Below, one piece after another: positions 18,713 to 29,362 of a stretch of 64,000 bases of DNA. The position numbers were made by a program, and so were the translations under genes. Within the stretch, counting starts at the first letter, position 1, and the number at the start of each line of letters is the position of its first letter. The notes beneath the pieces were generated by a model. It was given only the letters and a program-made list of their open reading frames with translations, was not told where the DNA came from and did no database searches. Origin of the DNA: Nitrosopumilus sp. (GTDB lineage Archaea > Thermoproteota > Nitrososphaeria > Nitrososphaerales > Nitrosopumilaceae); assembly GCA_965214775.1 (NCBI GenBank), contig OZ243974.1, positions 1,536,001 through 1,600,000 of the forward strand, given 5' to 3'.

Positions 18713-19324
18713 TTGGCACGCAGAAAGGGTCGAGTAAAAGACAAGTGGCGAGAAAAACGCTGGATTACAGCAAGTGCCCCTGACTCATTTAACAACATCC
18801 CAATCGGCTATGTTCCAATTACTGATGATGAAAATGCCTCAGGCAGGGTTTTGGAAGTTACACTGTACGACATTCTCAAGGGAGATCCCTCGCAGCACCA
18901 ATACAAAATTTATTTTCAAGTTGACAAAGTAAACGGAGATAAGGCATCAACAATTTTCAAACGATTCGAGTATTCCAAGGAGTTTTTGAGAAGCTTGGTC
19001 AGACGCGGTTCGTCAAAAATCAATTTCATCACAGACGTAAAAACAAAAGACGGCTACATCTTTAGAATCAAGATCATTGCACTGACTCACAGACAGCTTA
19101 ACACGTCCAGAAAGCACGCCTTGAGACTAATTGCCAGAAGAGTAATCGACAAGACGGTTCCGGAAATGACCATTGATCAATTCGTGCAAACGGCATGCTA
19201 TGGCAAAATCAATTCTGACATAATGGCAGCATTCAAGAAGGTCATCAAAGTCAGACACGTTGGCCTTGAGAAAGTAAAACTAATCAGAACAGCAGAAAAA
19301 GAAACAATATTACTGGAAGCATAA
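18713..19324 (+). CDS. rps3ae: 30S ribosomal protein S3Ae (eS1)
   Basis: KDKWREKRW, GRVLEVTLYDI, LRSLVRRGSSKI. Confidence 0.95.
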   Translation: MARRKGRVKDKWREKRWITASAPDSFNNIPIGYVPITDDENASGRVLEVTLYDILKGDPSQHQYKIYFQVDKVNGDKASTIFKRFEYSKEFLRSLVRRGSSKINFITDVKTKDGYIFRIKIIALTHRQLNTSRKHALRLIARRVIDKTVPEMTIDQFVQTACYGKINSDIMAAFKKVIKVRHVGLEKVKLIRTAEKETILLEA

Positions 19325-19347
19325 ATTTCAAGAATTGCCTCAAATTA

Positions 19348-19788
19348 ATGACCGATAGAATCGAAATTACAATGGATGTAATCGTACATGCAACAGAGGA
19401 TGCCAAAAAAATTTTTCTGGCATTTGAAGAAATGTTGGGACTAGACGAAGGCGATTTTAGCATTCAAAAAACAACAGGGCATTTTGATAACCCGATAATC
19501 ATCTTAAATTCAAAAATTGTAAAAAAACAGGCTCAAAACCTGATCAAAAGAATCCTAGGCAGACTGTCAAAAGAGCAAATTGATCAAATGATCAATGAAA
19601 TCGAAGAAAGGACAGTTGACTCAAGATTTCATATGAGACTGGGAAAGCAGGAGATGCTAAAGGGGAACTTAGAGCTTGTTGAAAAAGATCCGATAAAAAT
19701 CAAAATCCACACTCCTGTATACGACAAAAAAGAGACGGTCAAAACTTTCACTGAAATTTTTCAAAAAAAAGCCACCTATATTAAATAG
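19348..19788 (+). CDS. Conserved archaeal RNA-binding protein (COG1325-like)
   Basis: VIVHATED, GHFDNPI, FHMRLGKQ motifs. Confidence 0.8.
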   Translation: MTDRIEITMDVIVHATEDAKKIFLAFEEMLGLDEGDFSIQKTTGHFDNPIIILNSKIVKKQAQNLIKRILGRLSKEQIDQMINEIEERTVDSRFHMRLGKQEMLKGNLELVEKDPIKIKIHTPVYDKKETVKTFTEIFQKKATYIK

Positions 19789-19808
19789 GAACAAGTGAAA
19801 ATTCTCCA

Positions 19809-19928
19809 CGGGGATGAGGAAATAATAGCCGCTCCAGTCTGAGCGAAAGCCTTGAAGACGCCGCGACGAACCGACCCTGTCTTGAATCGATCACCAAACA
19901 ACACTGCTGAGCGTTTCAGCGACTTTTT
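19809..19928 (+). ncRNA. Putative K-turn / box C/D-like small RNA
   Basis: Upstream TATA-like tatattaaata (~19777-19786); C-like GGAUGA, D' CUGA, GC-GAAA-GC hairpin, C'-like UGAAGA, D CUGA at 19907; downstream T-run. Confidence 0.5.
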
Positions 19929-19974
19929 TGGATCATGGCATTATTTTAAATACGGATAGACGAACCTCACTATC

Positions 19975-21438
19975 GTGGTAGCGGCAGCAGATTACGATGT
20001 TATAGTTGCAGGCGGAGGTTTGGCAGGAACTATTGCCGCACAAGCAGTTGCCCATTGCACAAATCAAAATGCCAAAATCCTGGTTGTTGACAGAAATCCG
20101 GAATTTCTTCCAGGCAGAAAATCTCTGGCCGGATGGGTGTGTGGCGATGCCTGCTCAAAGGAGGCAGTTGACTTTATGAAAAGCAGAATCAAAGTCGAGT
20201 GGACAAAACCGGAGATCGAACACGATGTAAAGGGTGTCATGGCATTCTCGCCAGACAAGGAAACTGCCATTCCGTTTGATGGCGACGGATACATGTTAAA
20301 TCGCCAAAAGCTTCCAGAGATTCAAAATGAAAGATGTAAAAAAATGGGAATTGAATTTGAATATGAGATCAACCTTACTGGCTTGATCTATGAGGGACAA
20401 CAGGCAGTAGGCGTTCAAGGCAACGATAAAAACAGCCAGCCATACAAAAAGACCGCAAAAATCGTAATTGACGCGACCGGAGTCACATCGATGCTCAGAA
20501 ACACACTCAAAAATTCTACAAAGGTTGAAAAGAGAATTGACAGGCGGGATCTGGAATCCACAGGCAGATACATCATGTATTTTGATCCCGCAAAAAAAGA
20601 TCTTGCCGAATTTGATCCGGACTATTGCATTATTCACCTGGATCAGGACATTGCGCCAGGCGGATACGGGTGGGTCTTTCCCAAGGCAGATGACAAGGTA
20701 AACATCGGACTTGGCGTTGAAAAATCCCTCTTGGAGAGAAGAAACCAAAGACTGGGCAAGAAGGACAACGTTGAATCGCTGATGAAGGAATATCTTAAAA
20801 GAAATACCGTAATTAAAAACGCAAAATTGTCCGAAGATCCAGAAGACATCAACAACAATTCGGGAATCTTCCAGGTGTCTGTAAGAAGGCAAAATGACTG
20901 CATGGTTTCAGGCGGATACGTGATGGTTGGGGATTCGGCCTGGATGCCAAAACCAATTGACGCCGGCGGGATTGGGCCTGCATTAATTGCCGGAACAATT
21001 CTTGGGGGCAATGTTGCCCAGGCACTTGAGGCAAACGATGTCTCTGAAGCAGGATTATGGAAATACAATCTTGATTTTATTGAAGAGTACGGGTACAAGA
21101 CTGCGGGACTTGAACTGTTCAGAAGACTTGTCCAGCAAATGACAAATGATCAAATCAGCTATGGAATGAAGCACTTTCTGGGAAACATGGACGTTGAGGC
21201 GATAAGCAAGGGCGAACATCCGGATTTTTCAGGGTTGGGAAAACTTGGAATGATTATCAGGGGCGCAATGAACAAAACGGTCGCAGACGGCTTACGATTT
21301 ACCTCAAAAGAAAACCAATGGCTGGTAGGACACTACAATAACTACCCTGAGGATCCCTCTGGATTTGACGAATGGAACAGGACGCTGCACAAGAGAATGG
21401 ATGCGGCATTTGAAAAGGTAGAGGCATTCGGAAAGTAA
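19975..21438 (+). CDS. Geranylgeranyl reductase-family FAD oxidoreductase (DGGGPL reductase-like)
   Basis: VAGGGLAG, CGDA, IDATG, PGGYGWVFP, VGDSA..PIDAGGI. Confidence 0.85.
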   Translation: MVAAADYDVIVAGGGLAGTIAAQAVAHCTNQNAKILVVDRNPEFLPGRKSLAGWVCGDACSKEAVDFMKSRIKVEWTKPEIEHDVKGVMAFSPDKETAIPFDGDGYMLNRQKLPEIQNERCKKMGIEFEYEINLTGLIYEGQQAVGVQGNDKNSQPYKKTAKIVIDATGVTSMLRNTLKNSTKVEKRIDRRDLESTGRYIMYFDPAKKDLAEFDPDYCIIHLDQDIAPGGYGWVFPKADDKVNIGLGVEKSLLERRNQRLGKKDNVESLMKEYLKRNTVIKNAKLSEDPEDINNNSGIFQVSVRRQNDCMVSGGYVMVGDSAWMPKPIDAGGIGPALIAGTILGGNVAQALEANDVSEAGLWKYNLDFIEEYGYKTAGLELFRRLVQQMTNDQISYGMKHFLGNMDVEAISKGEHPDFSGLGKLGMIIRGAMNKTVADGLRFTSKENQWLVGHYNNYPEDPSGFDEWNRTLHKRMDAAFEKVEAFGK

Positions 21439-21482
21439 CAGGATCTAATGTTAAATATTGTTGAAATCCATGAAAACATGCT

Positions 21483-22277
21483 TTGGAAAAGGTGGCATCA
21501 TATCTTGATTGGAACAACTCGATTGGAATTCTCAACAAGGCATACGAGTCTGGCCTGTTCGTGCTTATCATAGGCCCAAAAGGGACAGGAAAGACCTCGC
21601 TAGTAAGGGACTTTGCCAAAAGCAAGAATGTGAATCTGGAATCCATAAATTTCAGCCTCAGAACAAGGGAGAGCCACCTGATTGGCACAAAAACCCTCAA
21701 TGAGGGAACCGTAAGCTTTGATGAGGGCCTGCTGACAAAATCAATGAGGGAAGGGGGCCTGCTATATCTTGATGAGATAAATTCCGCAGAGGCAGACGTC
21801 CTGCTTAGGCTAGACGAGGCATTAGATGACAGAAGACAGATTGTGTTAAAAGAATCTACAGGAGAAGTCGTAAGGGCAAAAGAGAATTGGTTTGTTGTGG
21901 CAACAATCAATCCGTTGACACATAGCGGAACCAAGGAATTGCCGCCGCAACTGTTGAGCAGGTTTCCTGTAAGAATCAGACTGGAATATCCTCCTCAAGG
22001 CGTTGAATTGGAGATTGTAAAAAAGCATGTATCAGACCATGAATCAGAAATCACCCAGGCAATAAAACTTGCAAACACCCTCAGACAGGCTGCCGCAGTT
22101 GAAGAGCTGTTTTATTCGCCCAGCTTGAGGGAGACGATCGCTTTTGGAAAATTATTAAAAGAAGGAATGCCTGCAAGGGAGGCAGCAATGTTTGTTTTTG
22201 GAAACGTCTACACGCAATGGGGAAACATCGAGTATCAAAAGGTAAGCGACATTATCACATCAATGTTTGGAGACTAG
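21483..22277 (+). CDS. MoxR/CbbQ/NirQ-family AAA+ ATPase
   Basis: GPKGTGKT, LYLDEIN, ATINP, LLSRF, SLRE. Confidence 0.88.
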   Translation: MEKVASYLDWNNSIGILNKAYESGLFVLIIGPKGTGKTSLVRDFAKSKNVNLESINFSLRTRESHLIGTKTLNEGTVSFDEGLLTKSMREGGLLYLDEINSAEADVLLRLDEALDDRRQIVLKESTGEVVRAKENWFVVATINPLTHSGTKELPPQLLSRFPVRIRLEYPPQGVELEIVKKHVSDHESEITQAIKLANTLRQAAAVEELFYSPSLRETIAFGKLLKEGMPAREAAMFVFGNVYTQWGNIEYQKVSDIITSMFGD

Positions 22278-23843
22278 ATGCAGCAAATCCAGCTCAAAAA
22301 CGACTCCCTGGTGGAAATTGCCACATTCCTTGTCAGAAGATGGTCTGAATCAGACAAAATGATAGTTGAAATTTCAGACAAAGTTGAGACAAGAACGAGA
22401 CTGAAAGAAAACAAGGTCATCCTGACCCCCCTTGAAAAAAGGATGGGCGATGATTTTCAAAAGTACAGGCAGTTTCGAACGTCATTGTGGTACGAGGCAA
22501 TGCGCGTAAAGCACTGTGAAAAAATTCTCAGCAACGATCACGCCTTTGGCTTTATTCTCAACGCGATGGAGACTCAAAGGATAGAGCATCTGGGGAGGGA
22601 GATCTGGAGGGGAATGGACGATGAGATTGTCTTCAATTACGCCTACATGCTGGTTTCAAGGCCTCAGTTACACACAGTGTATGGAAAGGCAAGGATTGTC
22701 GAGGCGTTTTACCAGTATTTTATGTTTGGAGCGATAAAGGGAGAGATACAGCCCAGTCATTTTGAGAGAATCAAAAAGGCATCTGCACTTGCCAAAAAAA
22801 TTGTCAAAAGGGCCATAAAAGAAAAGCAGGGCACAGAATGGCTTGAAAAAAACGTAAGCGGGATTGTAAGAATCTTGGACATTGACTCGCTGCTGACAAT
22901 TCCAGTCTCGCTTCCATTCATGAAAGCTGGAATGGCGTTGACAGAGGAAGAACTGCGCAGGACTCTGAGGGTAATCTCCAAGAACAGGGAGGGAGACTTT
23001 GGAGGCGTTGCCGATGCAAGCGCAGTTTTGAGGGGAGACGACGTAATTGACGAATACAGGGTACTGCTAGACGAAAACAGAAAAACCAAAAACAAGGGAC
23101 TTGCCGCCGAACCAATCGGAATTCAAACTCCTGCCACAAAGGGAGTAGACGAAACGACAATCTATGATCTGAATCTGATAAACGGACTGAAAACCAAATT
23201 CAAAGAGTGGAAGTCAGGATGGAGAGAACAGCATCTTCGTTCAGGCGATGAGTTTGACGAAGAAAGCTACATTGAGGGACACGAGCCGTTCTTTGCTGAC
23301 ATAAAAAAATCAATCAAGACCAGGATTGTGATTTTGCTGGATCATTCGTCAAGCATCGCATCTAATGCACTCGAATACAAAAAGGCAACGTTGGCTTTGT
23401 GCGAAGTATTGTCGTTTCTGAAGGTCAGATTTGCAGTTTACGCATTTAGTACGCAGAACAGGGCAGTGGTGTGCTGGTCCATAAAGCCGGACAACGTCAA
23501 GTGGAACAACGTTTCTGCAAAAAGGCTTGCACAAGTGGTGGCAAATGGCTCGACCCCGTTGGCAGAAGTTTATGACAAGATGTTTCCTGTATTGCAGGCC
23601 AAAAGACCGGATATCTTCCTGACTCTCACAGATGGAGAGCCGTCTGATCCGGATGCAGTCAGAGTTATGACCAAGTCCCTCAAGGGATTGGGCATAAGCA
23701 TGGTTGCATTGGGACTGGGGCCAAACACGCTTCGAGCAACAGCGATTGCAAATAATCTCAGACATCTTGGATATGAAAAAACAATGGCCGTAAGCAGGCT
23801 CAATGACATTCCAAGCAAGGTAATGAGCATTTTAGAGGCATAG
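22278..23843 (+). CDS. vWA-domain partner of the MoxR ATPase
   Basis: MIDAS-like LLDHSSS, GSTP, LTDGEP; abuts ATPase stop. Confidence 0.85.
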   Translation: MQQIQLKNDSLVEIATFLVRRWSESDKMIVEISDKVETRTRLKENKVILTPLEKRMGDDFQKYRQFRTSLWYEAMRVKHCEKILSNDHAFGFILNAMETQRIEHLGREIWRGMDDEIVFNYAYMLVSRPQLHTVYGKARIVEAFYQYFMFGAIKGEIQPSHFERIKKASALAKKIVKRAIKEKQGTEWLEKNVSGIVRILDIDSLLTIPVSLPFMKAGMALTEEELRRTLRVISKNREGDFGGVADASAVLRGDDVIDEYRVLLDENRKTKNKGLAAEPIGIQTPATKGVDETTIYDLNLINGLKTKFKEWKSGWREQHLRSGDEFDEESYIEGHEPFFADIKKSIKTRIVILLDHSSSIASNALEYKKATLALCEVLSFLKVRFAVYAFSTQNRAVVCWSIKPDNVKWNNVSAKRLAQVVANGSTPLAEVYDKMFPVLQAKRPDIFLTLTDGEPSDPDAVRVMTKSLKGLGISMVALGLGPNTLRATAIANNLRHLGYEKTMAVSRLNDIPSKVMSILEA

Positions 23844-23905
23844 ATTCAGAATAATCCCATCATAAGATATTTTATGAGCAAGGATTCAACTGCATCTGGG
23901 AGACA

Positions 23906-25444
23906 ATGTCAGAAGTCATAGACAGCTCATTATTGGAAAAATTTGAACAGAAAGTCTGGAACAAGATCCCTCATCGCGAGGGCGGGCAGATAGTAAACGC
24001 AACACCCCTAGTCGATCTTACGCAGGATTTCAAAGAATGCGCAAAAAGCGTCTTCAAGGTCGATCTGGACAATCGGGATTTGAAAGTCTATGGAAAGTTT
24101 GACTCGGAATTGCTTGGCGGCTCCATCAAAGCAAGAGCTGCATCCCACATCATCCATGAGGCAATAAAGTCTGGAAAATGCAGCGGAAAGCGGGTAGTGA
24201 TTGAGGCGACTTCTGGAAACTTTGGAATCGCACTCGGACTGCTGTCAAAACTCGGGGTAACCGTAGTTGCACTAGTCTCAAGAAAGCTCCAGGAGGGTGT
24301 TTTCAAAGAGCTAAGAAACCAAGGCATTCGAATCATGGATATGGATATGGATATCTGCCCTGCTCCGGGAATGGAAGACAAAGTAGACAAGCTGGCTGCA
24401 AAGGCAACTGCTGCAAATGTCCGTTCACAATTAGCCGAGATGGGTTTTGATCCCAGAGTCTTTGACAGAAACACCGGCAAGATTGAAGCATTGCTAGCCA
24501 AGCAGGACATTATCAATTTGGCAAGTTTCCTTGCAGAAATTTACGATATGTTCTGTCCAAAGCAGTATGATAACGAACTGAACATTGAGATCCACAATAC
24601 TGTGACTGCCCCAGAAATTGATCAGCAACTGCATGAAAACGGGGATTCGTTGGAAGACTATGATCTGGTTTGTTCCTTTGGAACCGGCGGAACATCCGGC
24701 GGTCTGGGCAAGTACATGTCTGAAAAATACGGCAAAAAAGCAGTCCACGTCGTTTTTCCTCCCAATGGCCAAGATGTGGCAGGAATTAGAACTCATTCCA
24801 AAGCAGAGGGCCTGACGTTGTACGACCCAGAGGCATACGCTGCCGAGCATGCCGTTGACTTTGAGAAGGCAAAATTCCTTTTGAAGTTCTTTGTTGAGAA
24901 GGGATACGATATTGGCGAGAGCACGGCACTTGAACTGTATTCGGCATTAGAGATGGCAGGTGCAGGACTGGGCTCAAAATTTGTCATCATGGTAGCTGAC
25001 GGAATTGAAAAATACAGAAAGAACCTTGAGCAAATATCCCAAGACAAGCTTCCTATGAGGATTTCATTGGAGGATGCAGCATCGGTTGCAAAGGAATATG
25101 ACAGAATAGTCTGGGTCCATACACAGTATGCCCCAAAGGAAGAAGGAATTGAGATGATTGCAAAATCATTAGGCGTTGACAGGTCAAAAATCGCAGTTCC
25201 AAAGGCAGGCACAATCAGCAGACTGCTATCCACGCAAGAAATTCCAGAAGAACTGGGAAAAGAATTTGACGGCTCTCATGGAAAATCACTACTGGTATGC
25301 ATGGCTGGAAACACCTCTTTTATGGCCGCGCAAGTACTTGCAAGCAAAGGAATTGTCACTCAAAGTCTGAATGGCGGAATTACTGACTTGCCTGAGGGCA
25401 GGGGCAAGAACCCTGGCCAATATATCCGGGCAGCCGGGGAATAG
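23906..25444 (+). CDS. PLP-dependent cysteine synthase-family enzyme with C-terminal rhodanese-like domain
   Basis: GGSIKAR (PLP Lys), EATSGNFG, GTGGT; C-terminal VCMAGNTS..SLNGGI. Confidence 0.82.
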   Translation: MSEVIDSSLLEKFEQKVWNKIPHREGGQIVNATPLVDLTQDFKECAKSVFKVDLDNRDLKVYGKFDSELLGGSIKARAASHIIHEAIKSGKCSGKRVVIEATSGNFGIALGLLSKLGVTVVALVSRKLQEGVFKELRNQGIRIMDMDMDICPAPGMEDKVDKLAAKATAANVRSQLAEMGFDPRVFDRNTGKIEALLAKQDIINLASFLAEIYDMFCPKQYDNELNIEIHNTVTAPEIDQQLHENGDSLEDYDLVCSFGTGGTSGGLGKYMSEKYGKKAVHVVFPPNGQDVAGIRTHSKAEGLTLYDPEAYAAEHAVDFEKAKFLLKFFVEKGYDIGESTALELYSALEMAGAGLGSKFVIMVADGIEKYRKNLEQISQDKLPMRISLEDAASVAKEYDRIVWVHTQYAPKEEGIEMIAKSLGVDRSKIAVPKAGTISRLLSTQEIPEELGKEFDGSHGKSLLVCMAGNTSFMAAQVLASKGIVTQSLNGGITDLPEGRGKNPGQYIRAAGE

Positions 25445-25448
25445 CGGT

Positions 25449-25910
25449 TTGAAATGCCTTTCAGTCTCGCAGCCATTTGCCAGTCTCATCATTTCAGGCA
25501 AGAAAACCATCGAACTGAGAAAATGGAATACCGGTTTTAGAGGCGAATTTCTGATTCATGCCCCGTTAAAAATCCGGGCAAAGGACTGCAAGCGGCTAAA
25601 AATTGACCACGGGCTGGTTACAGGGGCCATAGTGGGAAAGGCAGAGCTGTATGGCGTAAAAAAATACAGTTCAAAAAAGGAGGTAAGCGATGACAAGCAG
25701 TTTCATTTTGCTGGAAAAAAATTCCAAGACAACCCGTATGGGTTCATGCTGAAAAATTCCAAGGCATTTAGAATTCCGATTCCATGGAAGGGCCAGTTGG
25801 GCTTTTTTGATGTGGACTTGCCTAGAACAAAAACCAAGAACAAGGAGGAGGAGATTGTTTCTGACATCATCGATGAGGAATATCGATATCAATGGATTGG
25901 CCGCCATTAG
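25449..25910 (+). CDS. ASCH-domain protein
   Basis: CLSVSQPFASLIISGKKTIELRKW, GAIVG, KGQLGFF; TTG start at 25449 inferred. Confidence 0.88.
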   Translation: MKCLSVSQPFASLIISGKKTIELRKWNTGFRGEFLIHAPLKIRAKDCKRLKIDHGLVTGAIVGKAELYGVKKYSSKKEVSDDKQFHFAGKKFQDNPYGFMLKNSKAFRIPIPWKGQLGFFDVDLPRTKTKNKEEEIVSDIIDEEYRYQWIGRH

Positions 25911-25972
25911 AATCCTGTCTTTGGGAAAATTGTGTCTAGTATATATAAAGGGACTATTTAAAGTCCCTCGTC

Positions 25973-26536
25973 GTGCCTCAAACAAAGCCAATTGTCAGCG
26001 TCGAGAATGTTGTTGCATCAGCATCTGTTGAGCAAAAAATCGATCTAAATGAGATTATTAAAAAATTTCCAGATACGGAATATCACCCCGAACAATTTCC
26101 GGGACTCGTGTTTAGATTAAAGACGCCGAGAACCGCAACACTGATTTTTAGAACCGGCAAGATGGTTTGCACCGGCGCAAAGTCCGAGGAGATGGCAGTC
26201 AAGGCCGTAAACACAGTGGTTCAAAAACTAAGAAAGGGAAAAATCAAGATCAAAAATGACGCGGTAATCACCGTGCAAAATATTGTCGCTGCAATCAATC
26301 TGGGAGGAAAGATCCATTTGGAAAAGGCAGCTAGAACACTGCCAAGAAGCATGTACGAACCAGAACAGTTTCCAGGCCTGATTCACAGAATGCTGGATCC
26401 CAAGACCGTGATCCTGTTGTTTGCATCAGGAAAGCTGGTATGTACAGGCGCCAAAAAGGAATCAGACGTATATCGTTCAGTACACAACCTGCATTCCCTG
26501 TTAGAAGAGAAAAGCTTGATGATCTACGATCAGTAA
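25973..26536 (+). CDS. tbp: TATA-box-binding protein
   Basis: Two direct repeats with Y-PEQFPGL and LIFRTGKMVCTGAKS / LLFASGKLVCTGAK. Confidence 0.97.
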   Translation: MPQTKPIVSVENVVASASVEQKIDLNEIIKKFPDTEYHPEQFPGLVFRLKTPRTATLIFRTGKMVCTGAKSEEMAVKAVNTVVQKLRKGKIKIKNDAVITVQNIVAAINLGGKIHLEKAARTLPRSMYEPEQFPGLIHRMLDPKTVILLFASGKLVCTGAKKESDVYRSVHNLHSLLEEKSLMIYDQ

Positions 26537-26879
26537 ACCAGTGCCTGCAGTTTGCTGAAGAAAAAAAGGAAGGAAGGAAGGAAGGAAAAAGAAGCTGACT
26601 ACTGGATCAGTCTGATCAGCCGGCATTGATTCCTTTGCAGAACCGTCAAATCAACTGCGTCTTGCAGGGAATTTTCAAACGTATCAGGATGCACCCAAAG
26701 CAAAAAAAGTACGGAGTCAGGTCCCCCGTAAAATCAGGCGTGAACGGGAGTTGGATGAATGCTTTGCGACTAGAAAGTTGAGGATGTGATGTTGTGCAAA
26801 AAAAAAACACACACATGCTAGATCGATGGCAGATGGAAAAGACCATGATGGATATCTTATTTTATTTTATAAAAGGAAA

Positions 26880-27578
26880 GTTATGGGGGAAGTGATCCTG
26901 GCAGACAAATCTGCAAAGATGTCATCATGCTGATCTTGATTTCACAAGCCGTTTTATGGTTCAGAAAAAATTGACAAGTACGTGGCAGACAATCAGGCCC
27001 TGGATTTGACTGATGCGTTTTATAAAAGAGGCGAGTCAGGCAAAACGAGTCTGGCTGCCGACAAATTTTTCAAAAAAATCCAAAGGCAAAACGCCAAATT
27101 TTTGATGAATCCGAGCCACCGGAGGCATGGATGATGTGCTGGGGAATCTTGCCATTCACGGCATGGTTGCTGCCTCTGGAGGAACAGATGCTGACTGGCT
27201 GATATGGAGCATAACTGAGAACCTGCAATTCTGGAATTCAAAGGATTTTGCAACGATAAAACCAACATCCATTAGGGCAAATTACTGCATATGGAAAAAC
27301 TGCATGAGAAACTAAACCTTGCAACAAAATGCCATCCATGCGTTGTTGGATGCGACGAAACTGATCCTTGAAATTTGATGGAACATCATGATGGCTGTTA
27401 TTTGAAGCGAGTCATCAGAAAACAGTCGCCGTCCCAAAAAATGCCGATGATGCTTACGGAGAAGGCTCGGCAAAACAAAACATGTTGCTTGTTGTTTACA
27501 GGGAACAATGGAGAAAATCGGTGTGGAAAAATTGAGACTTGGTGGATTTGTGTGCGGAAGGGGGTGGGGGGAATTTGA
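26880..27578 (+). pseudogene. Probable degraded gene of unknown function
   Basis: Short protein-like ORF fragments (27127-27315, 27375-27578) in a long gene-free stretch. Confidence 0.3.
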
Positions 27579-28301
27579 TTAGGATGCTGTAAATGTAAAA
27601 CTAGCCGTTTTGGTCTCTCTTCCATTATCGACGATTAACGAATAATTTCCGGATTCTTCCCAGCCAGAACCGCCTGCAATTGCAAGGGTTGAATAACTGC
27701 CATTGCTCTTTATTGGAACTTGTTCTGCCCAAACTATCTGGCCGTCGTGATTTACTATGTAGAGACTTGCAGTACCTGATATTTCAGAGTTCCCGCTAAT
27801 TGAGATAAGATCTTTTGCATCATAGGATTTCAAGTCCGATCTTATTGACAACGAAACATCGACTGGCGCAACAGGATCATCACCATCTGGAGAAAAACCA
27901 GCCAATATTCCACCATAAGCTGCCGCTGCCACAACTGCAATAATGACGACTAGTGCTGTACCGCCAACTCCGATCATGATTTTGGATTTTTTTTGGATTC
28001 GAGATGTAATTTTGGGTGGCAGAGCTTGGAGCGTCTGTGTATGCTGAACAACTACAGGCTCTGGAATCACCACGTCTGGAACCGTTTCTTCTTTTTCTTT
28101 ATCTTTTGGTGGAATTTCAAAGAGTTCGACCGGTGGTTTTCTGCCAAGATGTTTTTCTGCCAATTTTCTAACATAATTTCTTTCAAAATTGCTTATGACC
28201 TCGTCATTTTGACATGCCCTGAGGATCTGCTTGAGAATCCTGTCGTCTCCGAAATCTTTGTCTAAAAGAGCCTTTACGTCATCATGTAAGGATTCCTCCA
28301 T
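27579..28301 (-). CDS. Hypothetical single-pass membrane protein
   Basis: Central hydrophobic helix (IMIGVGGTALVVIIAVVAAAAYGG) and beta-rich C-terminus. Confidence 0.75.
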   Translation of the reverse strand: MEESLHDDVKALLDKDFGDDRILKQILRACQNDEVISNFERNYVRKLAEKHLGRKPPVELFEIPPKDKEKEETVPDVVIPEPVVVQHTQTLQALPPKITSRIQKKSKIMIGVGGTALVVIIAVVAAAAYGGILAGFSPDGDDPVAPVDVSLSIRSDLKSYDAKDLISISGNSEISGTASLYIVNHDGQIVWAEQVPIKSNGSYSTLAIAGGSGWEESGNYSLIVDNGRETKTASFTFTAS

Positions 28302-28600
28302 GCTTATTTACCTGTCAAATGATTATTTATGAATACTTGTTTAACATTTCGAGGAACTTTTTTGTCTGCCGTCCACAAACCGGTTCTGCCAAAACATGAT
28401 GCAAAGATCCGATGCGTGGTGTGGAAGAGGAAAAACATGCCTAGTTTGACGGCGGTGACGGTGACAAATGATCTATCTGCCTGCATCTTTTGCAAGACGT
28501 TCTGGCTCGGCCTTTTTTTTGATTAATCCGTTTTTACGCAGATCGCTTTTCTGCCATGCTGTTATCGTCATACGTGGCAATGCGCAATACCCTGGCATCC

Positions 28601-28694
28601 GTACGAGTTTACCCCTCCCCTAAGATACGACGTGGCAGGCGTGATCATAAAGGCCCCCACTAGCAGTGCCATCTGGGGGGGGGTAAACTCCTAC
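28601..28694. mobile_element. MITE family B, copy 2, with 9-bp TSD
   Basis: TIR GTACGAGTTTACCCC / GGGGTAAACTCCTAC; CTGGCATCC at 28592-28600 and 28695-28703. Confidence 0.85.
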
Positions 28695-28756
28695 CTGGCA
28701 TCCAAAATAAAACATTATATACTTGGTACCTTAATGTACGGTAGGAGAAAAGTAAA

Positions 28757-29143
28757 TTGCCAAAAGCCGGATTCAAATCAATCACTGTTTCTGAAATTGT
28801 TTATGATAAATTCCACGAAGTCTATCAAAAGAGCAAGGAAGATCTGGCAATGAGGGGTGTCAACAGTTTCTCCGGCTATGTCACCTACATGTTGGAAGAG
28901 ATGATGCAAAAGGACAAGACCTTTGCAAGATATGCTCCAAAGATTGAAAAAATTTCAGTGGATGATGATCGAATAATTCTAAAGGACAACATCAAAAACA
29001 GGATTGTCGAAGTCGCAGTTCAGAAAGGAGAATTATTTTGTCAGCTGTGTGAAGAAAAAGACTGCGTACATGTTGGTTTTGTATGGTCCATTCCAAAAGT
29101 TTACGAAGTCCTCAACGCTAGAGGAATCAAACATCCAAAATGA
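28757..29143 (+). CDS. Hypothetical protein (N-terminal RHH-like, C-terminal CxxC..C.H metal site)
   Basis: FKSITVSEIVYDKF; CQLCEEKDCVH. Confidence 0.7.
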   Translation: MPKAGFKSITVSEIVYDKFHEVYQKSKEDLAMRGVNSFSGYVTYMLEEMMQKDKTFARYAPKIEKISVDDDRIILKDNIKNRIVEVAVQKGELFCQLCEEKDCVHVGFVWSIPKVYEVLNARGIKHPK

Positions 29144-29149
29144 GTCCGG

Positions 29150-29271
29150 TGGAGGAGGTGGGATTTGAACCCACGAACTCCTGAGAGACAGGATCACCCA
29201 TTATTTGATCTTAAGTCCTGCATGTCCAAAAGCACGGAGTGCTTACTTTGGCCAGGCTTGATTACTCCTCC
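29150..29271 (-). tRNA. tRNA-Leu(UAA) with two apparent introns
   Basis: Acceptor GGAGGAG/CTCCTCC, T-arm GTGGG-TTCAAAT-CCCAC, anticodon arm CAGGA-CT-TAA-G[insert]A-TCCTG, long variable arm; second insert in the D-arm. Confidence 0.85.
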
Positions 29272-29362
29272 AAAATGATAAAAATCCGTGTGAAATTTAA
29301 CAGTTTAGAGTTCTTGCCAAAATAATGAAGAATTATAAGGATTTTCCACAGGATTAACTTGT

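Noticed and set aside
19809-19928. 5S rRNA, SRP RNA or RNase P RNA
   Set aside because: I could not find their diagnostic motifs, and the stretch is too short for SRP or RNase P RNA
26566-26590. (GAAG)n microsatellite after tbp
   Set aside because: Short and intergenic, with no evidence of function
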